Of a stretch of 64,000 nucleotides of DNA, positions 19,122 through 28,812 are shown one piece after another. A model generated the notes under the pieces. That model was not told the DNA's origin. It saw nothing but the letters and a program-made list of their open reading frames with translations, and made no database searches. The number at the start of each line of letters is the position of its first letter. The first letter of the stretch is position 1. The stretch comes from Patescibacteria group bacterium (GTDB lineage Bacteria > Patescibacteriota > Minisyncoccia > RBG-13-40-8-A). The stretch covers positions 17,069-81,068 of the forward strand of contig JAZDGD010000007.1 in the NCBI GenBank assembly GCA_043807255.1, read 5' to 3'. Both the position numbers and the translations under genes were made by a program.

Positions 19122-20870
19122 CTACACTTCTATTATGACCGGCAAGACCATTGGTCTTCTTTTAGTTTTGCTATACAAAAATTGACCGATTTTATCGCGT
19201 AGATTATCTTTAACAAACACCCAATTAATTGGCGCCCCGGGAACAGCGCTGTGTTCAACAATATCTTTAACCTTTTTACGCACTTCGTTTAAGAGCTCTT
19301 TTGATTCTTTCATGTAGATAAACCCGCGAGAAATTATATCTGGACTATTTTTAATTTTACCAGTTTGTCGATCAATTGTAGCAATAATTACAAACATTCC
19401 GTCTTCGGCCATTGTTTGACGATCACGCAATACAACGTGACCGATATCACCAATTCCTAATCCGTCGACAAAAACATAGCTCGTGTCAATTTTTTTACTT
19501 AAAATCTTTGCTGATCCACCATGAAATTCAAGCACCGAGCCATTGTCTAAAACAAAAATTCTGTCTCTCGAAATTCCGATCTGTATTGCCAATTTTGCTG
19601 ATTCCTTCAAAAAATAATGATAAGCATAAACTGGCAAAAAATAATCTGGCCTGATTTGTCTAATAATTTCCTTAATGTTTTCGGCATTAGAATGTCCACT
19701 CATGTGTACGTCCATAATTTCGTTATGCACAACATTGTCACACTGACGATACAAGCCGTCTTTCATTTGTTGAATTGTTCTTTCGTTGCCAGGAATGATT
19801 GATGAAGAAAAGATTATGGTATCATTTTTTTTAATTCTAACAAATCGATGATCACCAGTAATAATTCTCGATAAAACTGCATTGCCCTCTCCTTGCGCGC
19901 CAGTACAAATAATTATAATTTTGTTTTCAGGATGTTTGTTGATTTCATTAATTGGAATAAGCGTTTCTTTGTCTGCTTTAATGTATCCCAGCCCTTGGGC
20001 AATTTCTACGTTCATTTTCATGCTATAACCGTCAAGCGCCACTTTTTTGCCAATTGTTTTGGCATATTCAATAATGTCGCCAATTCTTTTTATTTGAGAA
20101 GAAAAAGTGCCGATAATTACTTTGCCTTGTGCGCCACTAATAAGTTTCTCTAGATTAGCATACATGTCTTTTTCTAAAACCATTTCTTTGTTTGTATCTA
20201 ATGAGCCCAAGCTTTCGAGCATTAAAATTTTCGGTCCTGGCAAAGATGCCAAATGGTTATAGGTGACAGCTTGATGTGTATCAGAATTTTTTTCCATCGT
20301 CCAATCGCCTGGATGAATAATCGTTCCGTCGGGAGTATTAATCACAACGCCGACCGCATCCATAATTGAATGTTCAACATTAAAAAATCCAACCCTAAAC
20401 TTCCCCAACGTTAATCGTTCATCAATTGATTTAATTTTGATAATCTTTAATTGTTTCATTGAATCTTTATCATATTCTTGCATTCTTTTTTCAATTAAAG
20501 CAATTGTTAAATCTCTACCGATAATTGTCGGAAGGCCAAGTTTTTTCAAAAGTAACGGAGCAGCTCCGATATGATCCAAGTGACCATGGCTAAAAATTAC
20601 TCCCTTAATATTTTTTTCCTTGCCTTTCAGATAACTAATATTAGGAATAATGAAATCAATTCCCGGCATATCTTCTTCGGGAAACTGAATTCCCATATCT
20701 AAAATCACAATATCTTCGCCATATTCAAAAACAGTCATATTCCTACCAACTTCTTCCATTCCACCTAAAGGAATAATCCTTAAGGTTGGTTGTTTTGGTT
20801 TCTTTTGCATCTGCGGTCTTTGTATTTGTGGTTTTTGTTTCATTTGTTTGTGTTTAAATTGTTGTTCCAT
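19122..20870 (-). CDS. rnj: ribonuclease J (metallo-beta-lactamase/beta-CASP)
   Basis: IIPLGGMEEVGRNM and HGHLDHIGA. It has a Q/K-rich N-terminal extension. Confidence 0.88.
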   Translation of the reverse strand: MEQQFKHKQMKQKPQIQRPQMQKKPKQPTLRIIPLGGMEEVGRNMTVFEYGEDIVILDMGIQFPEEDMPGIDFIIPNISYLKGKEKNIKGVIFSHGHLDHIGAAPLLLKKLGLPTIIGRDLTIALIEKRMQEYDKDSMKQLKIIKIKSIDERLTLGKFRVGFFNVEHSIMDAVGVVINTPDGTIIHPGDWTMEKNSDTHQAVTYNHLASLPGPKILMLESLGSLDTNKEMVLEKDMYANLEKLISGAQGKVIIGTFSSQIKRIGDIIEYAKTIGKKVALDGYSMKMNVEIAQGLGYIKADKETLIPINEINKHPENKIIIICTGAQGEGNAVLSRIITGDHRFVRIKKNDTIIFSSSIIPGNERTIQQMKDGLYRQCDNVVHNEIMDVHMSGHSNAENIKEIIRQIRPDYFLPVYAYHYFLKESAKLAIQIGISRDRIFVLDNGSVLEFHGGSAKILSKKIDTSYVFVDGLGIGDIGHVVLRDRQTMAEDGMFVIIATIDRQTGKIKNSPDIISRGFIYMKESKELLNEVRKKVKDIVEHSAVPGAPINWVFVKDNLRDKIGQFLYSKTKRRPMVLPVIIEV

Positions 20871-20956
20871 TATATTTTTATACTTTTAAGTTGCTTTTAT
20901 TATATCAATATAATACAATAAAAGAAAGGCTGGAGTAATAAATAATTTAAAAAAAT

Positions 20957-21334
20957 ATGAATATTAGAAAAATATTATCAATAATCATTATTGTGGGTTT
21001 TGCGCTTGTGTTATTATTGGCCGTCATTTCAAAAGAAAGCCCGCAAGAACAAGAACTGATTTCGGGTTTGTTTTTTTATGTTTGTCTGGGGGTTGCGATT
21101 TCGACAGCTTTTTTGGTACTCTCGTTATTGTTCCCTTTTCGCACTGACATTGAAAATCAAAAACCCAAGAGCGTTTTTAGGAAAATTATAATTTTTGTTC
21201 TTGGATTAATATTTACAGTAATAACTGCCATAGCCTCATTTTTTATACTGCTTTTTCTCGGGGCCATTAGTGGCATTTTTAGTATTGGATCAGGCACCTA
21301 TGGCACCCCGATATATAGACCAAAAATAAATTAA
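20957..21334 (+). CDS. small four-TM membrane protein with a Gly/Ser-rich C-terminal tail. It ends 3 nt before the radical SAM gene
   Basis: Hydrophobicity profile; tail GAISGIFSIGSGTYGTPIYRPKIN. Confidence 0.5.
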   Translation: MNIRKILSIIIIVGFALVLLLAVISKESPQEQELISGLFFYVCLGVAISTAFLVLSLLFPFRTDIENQKPKSVFRKIIIFVLGLIFTVITAIASFFILLFLGAISGIFSIGSGTYGTPIYRPKIN

Positions 21335-21337
21335 ACT

Positions 21338-22696
21338 ATGGAAATTATTGATTCCATCGCAGATAAAATTTTGGGTGATTTTAAAAAAGAGATACCTATC
21401 GTGGGGCGATATTCTACGAGAAAAGAAAAGAGAGGGTATGCTCTTTTTTTTAATGACAGCCTAAGAATCGTTTTCCTTAGTGATATGGGTTACTATTTTA
21501 TAAAAGAAATAGATGGAATGAAAAACTGTGATCAAGTAGCAAGAGCTGTTGCAAGTTCATTAAAATTTCCTTATTTGGTTTCTTGTAGGCTGTTGATCAA
21601 ATGTTTAAATCATTTTTCTTCGCTTGAAATTGTTTCGTTGAAAACCACAAAAACCACAAAAGTTAAATTAAAAAATTTAGGAAATTTTATTCCATCAGCG
21701 CCAAACCAAATAGCTATTCTTTTAACAAACGAGTGTAATTTGCGCTGTTCTCATTGTGGCAACGAAAATAGAGATCGAAAAGAAAATGAATTGTCGAAAG
21801 AAGAGTGGTTCAAGATTATAGACGAATGTTCGAAAATTGGCGTGTTTATTTTCAATGTTTCTGGTGGCGAACCATTTATTAGAAAAGATTGGTATGAAGT
21901 ACTGTCCTATGCCCGTTCAAAGAAAATAGAAGTTGCAATTACCAGCAACTCAACGCTTATTAATGAAGATGTAGCAGAAAAATTAAAAGAACTAAAGATT
22001 TTTAATATACATTTGAGTGTAGACGGGGTTGGCGAAATTCATGATCATTTTAGAAATCAAAAAGGTGTCTTTGAGAAAGTAGTTAATGCAATAGATTTAT
22101 TAAAAAAATACAAAATCCCATTCGGCATTACAACGGCGGTTTCAAAGAGAAACTTTAGCGATTTGGACAAATTGGTTGAATTTGTTAGAAGTAATAATAT
22201 CTCCTCTTGGGAAATTTACTCCGCAATACCTCTGGGGTGTATGAATAAATTAGAAGCGTTAAGCCAGTCAGAAACGTTAGAATTTGCAAGAAAGATATCC
22301 GATTTTAGAAAAAATCTAAAGGATACAAAAATTTTTGTTGGCGACAATTTGGGATATTTCGACCAATACAATATGCAAGAAGATTGGAGGGGTTGCAGGG
22401 CGGGAATTAGTATTTGCGCGATTGATTCCGAAGGCAATGTCAAGGGTTGTCCCATACATCCCAATTCTTTAATACAGGGGAATCTTAGAAGCAGAACGTT
22501 AAGCGATATATGGAACGACAAGAAATCATTTGGATATAATCGTAATGCTAAATCGAAACTAAAAGAACACTGTAAAAATTGTCGATTTTCAAAAGTTTGC
22601 CGAGGCGGATGCAAGGCTTCAATGTATTCTCAACACAAGAATTTCGAACACAATGACTACTGTTTAAAGTTCATTGAGGAAAGCAGAACTATTTAA
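21338..22696 (+). CDS. radical SAM/SPASM-domain peptide-modifying enzyme with an N-terminal PqqD-like (RRE-like) extension
   Basis: CNLRCSHC cluster, GGEPF, and a C-terminal Cys-rich SPASM region (CRAGISIC ... CKNCRFSKVCRGGCKA). The N-terminal ~110 aa include YFIKEIDGMKNCDQVARAV, which resembles PqqD. Confidence 0.75.
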   Translation: MEIIDSIADKILGDFKKEIPIVGRYSTRKEKRGYALFFNDSLRIVFLSDMGYYFIKEIDGMKNCDQVARAVASSLKFPYLVSCRLLIKCLNHFSSLEIVSLKTTKTTKVKLKNLGNFIPSAPNQIAILLTNECNLRCSHCGNENRDRKENELSKEEWFKIIDECSKIGVFIFNVSGGEPFIRKDWYEVLSYARSKKIEVAITSNSTLINEDVAEKLKELKIFNIHLSVDGVGEIHDHFRNQKGVFEKVVNAIDLLKKYKIPFGITTAVSKRNFSDLDKLVEFVRSNNISSWEIYSAIPLGCMNKLEALSQSETLEFARKISDFRKNLKDTKIFVGDNLGYFDQYNMQEDWRGCRAGISICAIDSEGNVKGCPIHPNSLIQGNLRSRTLSDIWNDKKSFGYNRNAKSKLKEHCKNCRFSKVCRGGCKASMYSQHKNFEHNDYCLKFIEESRTI

Positions 22697-23474
22697 TCAA
22701 AAAATTTTCTATAATTCTAACAATTTTGGGTGCTTCTGTTTTTAAAAATTTGTGTTTTTTGTTCTCAATAATCTTTATTTCGGCGGTTTTTAATCTTGCA
22801 AAAAGATTTTTTGTTTTTTCTGAAAGCGTTTTGTCGTTTTTTCCATAAATTATCAACAGCGGAATTTTTAAATTCTCTAGTCCCAACGCTCCTTCGTAAT
22901 TTTTTAAAGAATAGACAGACCCCAAAAGATCCTTTGTGTTGATACATTTCAAGACATATCTCGTATCGTGGAAATTTGGATTCTCGTAATTTTTTAATTT
23001 AGAATAATTTAGTTTGAATTTCTTATTGGGAACTAAACATCGCCATACAATCCCAACAAAATCAAAGATGAGTTTTTCAAAAAAATTATTTTCTCCTTTA
23101 AAGTAGGGACTAACAAAGATCATAGACTTTATCTTCTCTTGCATTTTTTCTTTTATTAATAGACTGATATGACACGAAAAAGAATACGAAATTATAGAAA
23201 CGGACCCTATTTCTAATTGATTTAAGATTTTTACAATTTTCTCTGCCTGATTTGAAAATGAATATTCGTCTATGGTTTTTGGAGAACCGGAATTACCGTG
23301 CCCAACCAAATCAATGAGAATAATGTTAAATTTATCTTTAAGCGTTTCAACGTAATCGTCCCATACTGACGAGGTCCCTGTGAATCCATGCAAAAACAGC
23401 AAAGTATGATTTTCTTTGCTGTTTTTTAAATATCTATAAAAGATATTTTCAGATTTCTGTTCTATAATTTCCAT
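22689..23474 (-). CDS. alpha/beta hydrolase fold protein
   Basis: LFLHGFTGTS ... HGNSG. Confidence 0.6.
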   Translation of the reverse strand: MEIIEQKSENIFYRYLKNSKENHTLLFLHGFTGTSSVWDDYVETLKDKFNIILIDLVGHGNSGSPKTIDEYSFSNQAEKIVKILNQLEIGSVSIISYSFSCHISLLIKEKMQEKIKSMIFVSPYFKGENNFFEKLIFDFVGIVWRCLVPNKKFKLNYSKLKNYENPNFHDTRYVLKCINTKDLLGSVYSLKNYEGALGLENLKIPLLIIYGKNDKTLSEKTKNLFARLKTAEIKIIENKKHKFLKTEAPKIVRIIENFLIK

Positions 23475-23580
23475 TTCAGTTTCCTAATTATTCGGGCTAC
23501 CGAGACCTGAATATTGATTTAATTACCCCAATCGTGATATAATTAATAGAGAGTAGGCTTCTGTTAAAACAAAAAGTTTT

Positions 23581-24474
23581 GTGACTAATCTTAAAAAGGT
23601 TTATTGTAAAAATTGTAAAAAGCCAATTTATCGAAGCATCGGTCGATTCCATGAAAATTTAAAATTCGGATGGAATTTTTATTGTTCTCCAAAATGTTTA
23701 AGCCAAGACAAAACAAAGAAACAAGAATTAGTATGTGAAAATTGTGGCAAAACTATCAGGCGAACACCTTGTGCAATCTCTCCGCACAATTATTGTTCTC
23801 GATCTTGCGCTATGATAGAAAACAATAAGACAAGACCCAGTAAACCAACCCAATTCAAGATTTGCATAAATTGTAAGAAAAAATTCAAAAAAAGTAGTGG
23901 AAATTCAAAATATTGTTCTATGAAATGCCGAACAGAAGCAGAAAGTCATACTCCCGAACAGCTTATAAGTATTATAACTCAATTGGCACAAAAATTGAAA
24001 AGAACCCCTGCGCGACGCGAAATAGAAAGAATAATTAAGCCGTGCATAAGAATTTTTGGCTCATGGAATAAGGCTGTTCAATCCGCTGGATTAATTCCAA
24101 ATCGTTCGCACAATAATCGAATGTATAAACGCGTTAATGCAAAAGCCATAGATGGTCATTTATGCGATTCTGTCTCGGAACTTTTAATTGATAACTGGTT
24201 TTACAGGAATAATATTTTACACGAAAGAGATGCACATTATCCCGACACACATCACAAGGCAGACTGGAAAATATTCACAAAAAACAAATATGTTTTCGTA
24301 GAATATTTTGGTTTGGCCAATGATGGCCCAAGATATGATCGCTCAATAAAGGAGAAAAAGGTGCTTTGCAAAAAACATAAGATTTCTTTAATTGGAATTT
24401 ATCCGAAAGATATTTATCCTAAAATTCATTTAGAAAATAATCTTAAAAATAAATTCAAGCGTTTTTTAAATTAA
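23581..24474 (+). CDS. triple zinc-ribbon protein with a C-terminal endonuclease-like (DUF559/Vsr-like) domain
   Basis: Three repeats of C.NC.K...CS..C, followed by HERDAHYP...DWKI...VFVEYFG. Confidence 0.4.
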   Translation: MTNLKKVYCKNCKKPIYRSIGRFHENLKFGWNFYCSPKCLSQDKTKKQELVCENCGKTIRRTPCAISPHNYCSRSCAMIENNKTRPSKPTQFKICINCKKKFKKSSGNSKYCSMKCRTEAESHTPEQLISIITQLAQKLKRTPARREIERIIKPCIRIFGSWNKAVQSAGLIPNRSHNNRMYKRVNAKAIDGHLCDSVSELLIDNWFYRNNILHERDAHYPDTHHKADWKIFTKNKYVFVEYFGLANDGPRYDRSIKEKKVLCKKHKISLIGIYPKDIYPKIHLENNLKNKFKRFLN

Positions 24475-24479
24475 TATTG

Positions 24480-24552
24480 TCAGAGCGGAGAGACTTGCAC
24501 TCTCAGTTTCCGACTCCCGAAGCCGGCGTCTTAGCTGTTAGACCACGCCCTG
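24480..24552 (-). tRNA. tRNA-Pro (anticodon CGG), no encoded CCA
   Basis: Hand-folded cloverleaf. Acceptor CAGGGCG/CGCTCTG, anticodon loop TTCGGGA (G37), T-arm GAGAG-TGCAAGT-CTCTC. Confidence 0.75.
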
Positions 24553-24556
24553 GTGG

Positions 24557-26935
24557 TTATTTTTTCTTTTTTAATATTTTTTCTAATTCTTGTTTATCTA
24601 AAACCCAAAAATTATCTTGTTCTTTTGAATTTATATCATAAAAAACTTTTCCTCTAATTTTGAATCCGGAATTTTTCAATACACCCTCTGAAAGTAGATT
24701 CTTGGGATTTGTGAAAGCCACAATTGTGGTTTCTTCTGATTTTTCCAAAAGAGAAAATCCAATTTGTCTAATAGCGCTTGGAATATGTCCTCTTCCTTTG
24801 TTTTCTTCTGGCAAATTCTCATCAAGAAGTCGTGCAAAACTTATTTCTAAAATCTTTGAGTTTCCAGACAAATCAATCAACCTGCTTTCTTTCAAATTAG
24901 TAATTGTGTCTTCTTCTAATTCATAGAGCCAAACAAATCCCTCCATTAGCCCTTTTTCTTTTTCTCCACAAACGCCATAAAATTGTTTTTTAAACATTTT
25001 CTTAATTTCTTCTGTGGTGGATAATTCTTCTGCGTCGTCCATCCATTTTTTTATTATTGGTTGATCCTCGATGCGTTTATATGCATCAATATCGTTTGGA
25101 TTATTCGAGTCTGGTTTTTTTATCCATGCCGATTCTTGCTCAAAAATTTTCACCGGCCCTTCCTTCGGGCTCTTAGGCAATTTACAATCTGCAACCAGGT
25201 CTTCTTCCGTCTCGTCGATTCCTTTTATAAAATTTGATACCCTCTTAACTATCTTGTTCGGTTTACAATTATTTTTTACCCATTTATCGGCTTTTTGGGG
25301 ATTCATTGTTTCGTCCCGATAGAGTTTTAAGACTTCTTTTGATAATTCTTCGTTTATTTTATAAAAAGCATCAACATCGGTTATTGTTGCAGCCCCAGTT
25401 TTAAAATCAAAAACAACAATTCCTTGTTCAAATAATTTATTTAAAGTATAGACAGCAGCATAATAATATTCATCTCCTTCTGGTTTGTCAAAAAGTTCTT
25501 CTAACGAATTTTCTAAAGCCGCAGAAGCCCACTCCTCTTCTGTGCCCTCTATTGCGCCCGCCTTAATCAATTCGGGCAAAAATTGTCGGTAGAATTGTTC
25601 TGCCTTTACTTCATTAATAATCAATCCAGGATCCGCTCCCAATCTTTTTGCTCCCGGGTCACCATCTTTATGAAAGTGACAAAATTCGTGAAACGATGTA
25701 ACAAAAAAGGACATTCTTAAACTGTAAGGTTTTTCGGTATTTCCGATTTTAAAATTCTTTTTTCCCGCCAATGAATTCTGCAACTTTCTCTGTTCTGCAA
25801 GAAAAACCATACCAACCGATTCTCCCATTTGAGCAGTTGTTTTCATCGCTAAACCAGCACCATAGTCCCCAATAGAGTTAACAACTGTAAATTTTTTCTC
25901 TATAACATTTTTCGCCAATTCGGCGTGACCCATTTCTTTAAGTTGCCGAGAAATCACTTCCTGACACATAGAAAGATTTTTTTCCTCCTCCGGAGATCTC
26001 AACGTAATCTTTATCTCTGGATCGAAATACGGTGGTTTAAAATACCCCCCCGTGTATTCCGTTGGAACTATTAAAATTGGGAAGTCAGAAAAAGTTGATT
26101 GTTTATACAATTCGCTTACTGCTCGATAACATTCATCGGTCTTATTTACATCTTTTTCGCGATAGGATTCACTCAGAGCTATTAGATATTTTTGAAAAAT
26201 TTCTCCGCCAGGAAATTTTTTCCATTCAACCGACATTTCGCTAATTTCTTTGAATTTTCTAAAGAGATATTGGGCGTCTTTATCAAATAATTCATTGATT
26301 GTATGTGCTGTTTCGTCTCCAGGCAGATAGAATTTGGTTGACAACGATCCTTCTTTCGGTTTCGGCGATAGTCTTGAAAAGGCGAGAAAACGGATAAAGA
26401 GATTGTCCGCGCGCATCGAAGCGTCGAGAAGTTTTGTGGTGACGTCGCGTAGCTCTGAATTCAGTCCTAATTTTTCAAGATCTTTTTCTTCGGCACAATT
26501 AATAACTTCTTGATAAGCCCTTGTCTCCATATGTTTTATGACATGCCCGGCGACAGCTAATAAAACCTCTCTTCTTTGTCCTTGTATCTCCGGAATTCCT
26601 TCTGGCCAATTATTGACGATCGTATCGATAATTTCTTCTCGAGGAAGATCCTGTATAGATGAAACCTTCCCTTGGAATGCATCGACTTTAGTTTGTATTT
26701 GTTCTAAAACGACTCTTTGAACGTTTTCAAAAAGTTCTAGGGAATTTTCCCAAGGACCAACTTTTTCTGGTAAATCTTTTTTCCATTCAGTATAGCCGTC
26801 CAACAGTCCCAATGTTTTATAAATATCCTTCAATCCGGGTTCAGAATCGATTAATTTTTCTTGTTTAATTTTTGGTTTTGGCTCTCCGCTTTCTCTCATA
26901 ATTATTTTACTCCGCCGTTGGCGGGGTGAATCCAA
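24557..26935 (-). CDS. large hypothetical protein with an HExxH motif (HEFCHFH); possible M3-like zinc metallopeptidase
   Basis: HEFCH, with a Glu about 27 residues downstream. Confidence 0.4.
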   Translation of the reverse strand: MDSPRQRRSKIIMRESGEPKPKIKQEKLIDSEPGLKDIYKTLGLLDGYTEWKKDLPEKVGPWENSLELFENVQRVVLEQIQTKVDAFQGKVSSIQDLPREEIIDTIVNNWPEGIPEIQGQRREVLLAVAGHVIKHMETRAYQEVINCAEEKDLEKLGLNSELRDVTTKLLDASMRADNLFIRFLAFSRLSPKPKEGSLSTKFYLPGDETAHTINELFDKDAQYLFRKFKEISEMSVEWKKFPGGEIFQKYLIALSESYREKDVNKTDECYRAVSELYKQSTFSDFPILIVPTEYTGGYFKPPYFDPEIKITLRSPEEEKNLSMCQEVISRQLKEMGHAELAKNVIEKKFTVVNSIGDYGAGLAMKTTAQMGESVGMVFLAEQRKLQNSLAGKKNFKIGNTEKPYSLRMSFFVTSFHEFCHFHKDGDPGAKRLGADPGLIINEVKAEQFYRQFLPELIKAGAIEGTEEEWASAALENSLEELFDKPEGDEYYYAAVYTLNKLFEQGIVVFDFKTGAATITDVDAFYKINEELSKEVLKLYRDETMNPQKADKWVKNNCKPNKIVKRVSNFIKGIDETEEDLVADCKLPKSPKEGPVKIFEQESAWIKKPDSNNPNDIDAYKRIEDQPIIKKWMDDAEELSTTEEIKKMFKKQFYGVCGEKEKGLMEGFVWLYELEEDTITNLKESRLIDLSGNSKILEISFARLLDENLPEENKGRGHIPSAIRQIGFSLLEKSEETTIVAFTNPKNLLSEGVLKNSGFKIRGKVFYDINSKEQDNFWVLDKQELEKILKKKK

Positions 26936-28793
26936 TATTTTTCCATTCTTTGTCCATTTCCTCGAATCTTTCTCTTTTTTCGAAAATAAATTTTTGTATC
27001 TTCTTTTTTAATTCTTCTAAATGATATTCGAATTGGGGATTGCCATGCGACCCCGCCTTGTGTGCTGCTTCATGAAAATATAAATCTATGACATCTAAAA
27101 AATCTTTGCCAAAATCTTCTTGGGCGATCCAATAAAATAAATCATTGTATTGTCCGGAGAAAATGCTGTTTTCGTCTTTTATATTAAAAAGCCAAATATC
27201 TTTAATGTCGCTTTCGTCGAGACCAATCTCTTTTGCTACTCCTTTTAAATACTCTATTTTTTCGTTTTCTTTTTCGGAGGCTTCTATTTTTGTGTGATTT
27301 TGCAGTTCTTTAAATTTTTCTATAACTCCTTTCATTCCAATTTTCGCCATAAAATCAGGACAAATTTTATATCCTTGAGATTTTAATAAATCAATAATCC
27401 AATTTGGCATTCTGTCTCTTGCTAAAAATTCTTTTTCGAAATTAAATTTTATTTTTTCTTTCGATGCTTTTTCGGCCATCATTTCAAGTAGACTACAACC
27501 TTCTTGTGCCCCGGACATTTCCGGCCAAAGTGATTTAAAGTCATAAATTGATTTTTCTAGGTCTTTTTTGTCCATTGCATCAACGATAAGGGGAAGAACC
27601 TCTTCTTTTAGTTCCCAATAAGTTACCATGCCACGATCGCGATCGGCGCTAGCATCTTTTAGAATCTTTTTCCACGTCCAAATATTTACATCATAAACGG
27701 TGTTCCATTTTTCTCTTTCTCTGCAACTTATTCTTTGACCGGCGTGATAAAAATTTCCCTTAAATCTGCGTTCCCAACTATAATTTCCTTTTTCATTAAT
27801 CGGCAATATTTTAAATCCACCAACATCTGGATCGTTAAAGCTTGGCTCTTGGAAATCCTCGTTTTCTTTGGAATAAAAAAGTTCTCTGGCATCTGTTATC
27901 GCTTGTGCCTCTTCTTTGCTTTTTTCTCCATGGAAAACAATTTCCAATTTATTTCCTTTGATTGGTTTTTCTGTCTTATATTTCTTGATAAAAAGTCCTC
28001 TTAATTCTTTGTCGCGTTTGTCTTTTGCTAGTTGATCTTTTGGAATGTTATCTAAATAAAATTCTAATTCCCAATCATCACAAGCAAATTTTATGTCTGC
28101 ATCGAAATCTCTAAGCATTGTAAGCGAAAGCATTTTTGTTCCTTCGCCAAATCCTCCAGCAGCACGTTCTTTATCTGGCTTGTCGCTAATGCCCGTGTGT
28201 CGCAGAGTGCGCCAATCATAATTGGCATCTCCGTTGATTATCACTTTTGACTTCGGATCTTTTTCGTTATCGTCACTTTCAACAAAAAATTCAATTCCAT
28301 CCAAGGTGCCACCATTGGCATCAAAAAAATTCTGCCAAGAATCGCAAGCCGCTTTTTCTAAACTCCATTCAACGCCATAATCTTCAGCGTATCCAGTGTA
28401 AAAACCTTTTTCTATTTGTTTCTCAAAACTCGTTTTTTCAAAATCTTTTGTCAATATTTTTAATACATTTTTTTCGATATCTGATTTTACATCTAAAAAC
28501 GTTATTTTTCTTAACGTTTCTTCGCCAAGAGATTTTTCAATCAACTTAGAAATTTCTAATGGGTAATTTTCTCCGCTGGCATCCTTTAGTGTTTTTTTTA
28601 CTTCCTTCGCGGATTCAAATCTTTCTGGATTACGATTAAAAAGTTCTTTTGCTATCAAGTCTAGTGTTTTGGGAGATCTTTGTAATGCCTTAAAAACGCC
28701 CATTAATTGTTTTGGCTTTTCTTCTATGTTTTCCTTTTCCTCTTTTTTTTTGTTACCAGATAGCCCTTCGAAAATCTTTGAAAATTTTGACAT
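26907..28793 (-). CDS. large hypothetical protein with a C-terminal HExxH (HEAAH)
   Basis: ORF plus motif only. Confidence 0.4.
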   Translation of the reverse strand: MSKFSKIFEGLSGNKKKEEKENIEEKPKQLMGVFKALQRSPKTLDLIAKELFNRNPERFESAKEVKKTLKDASGENYPLEISKLIEKSLGEETLRKITFLDVKSDIEKNVLKILTKDFEKTSFEKQIEKGFYTGYAEDYGVEWSLEKAACDSWQNFFDANGGTLDGIEFFVESDDNEKDPKSKVIINGDANYDWRTLRHTGISDKPDKERAAGGFGEGTKMLSLTMLRDFDADIKFACDDWELEFYLDNIPKDQLAKDKRDKELRGLFIKKYKTEKPIKGNKLEIVFHGEKSKEEAQAITDARELFYSKENEDFQEPSFNDPDVGGFKILPINEKGNYSWERRFKGNFYHAGQRISCREREKWNTVYDVNIWTWKKILKDASADRDRGMVTYWELKEEVLPLIVDAMDKKDLEKSIYDFKSLWPEMSGAQEGCSLLEMMAEKASKEKIKFNFEKEFLARDRMPNWIIDLLKSQGYKICPDFMAKIGMKGVIEKFKELQNHTKIEASEKENEKIEYLKGVAKEIGLDESDIKDIWLFNIKDENSIFSGQYNDLFYWIAQEDFGKDFLDVIDLYFHEAAHKAGSHGNPQFEYHLEELKKKIQKFIFEKRERFEEMDKEWKNIGFTPPTAE

Positions 28794-28812
28794 AATTAAA
28801 ATTTACTTATAT

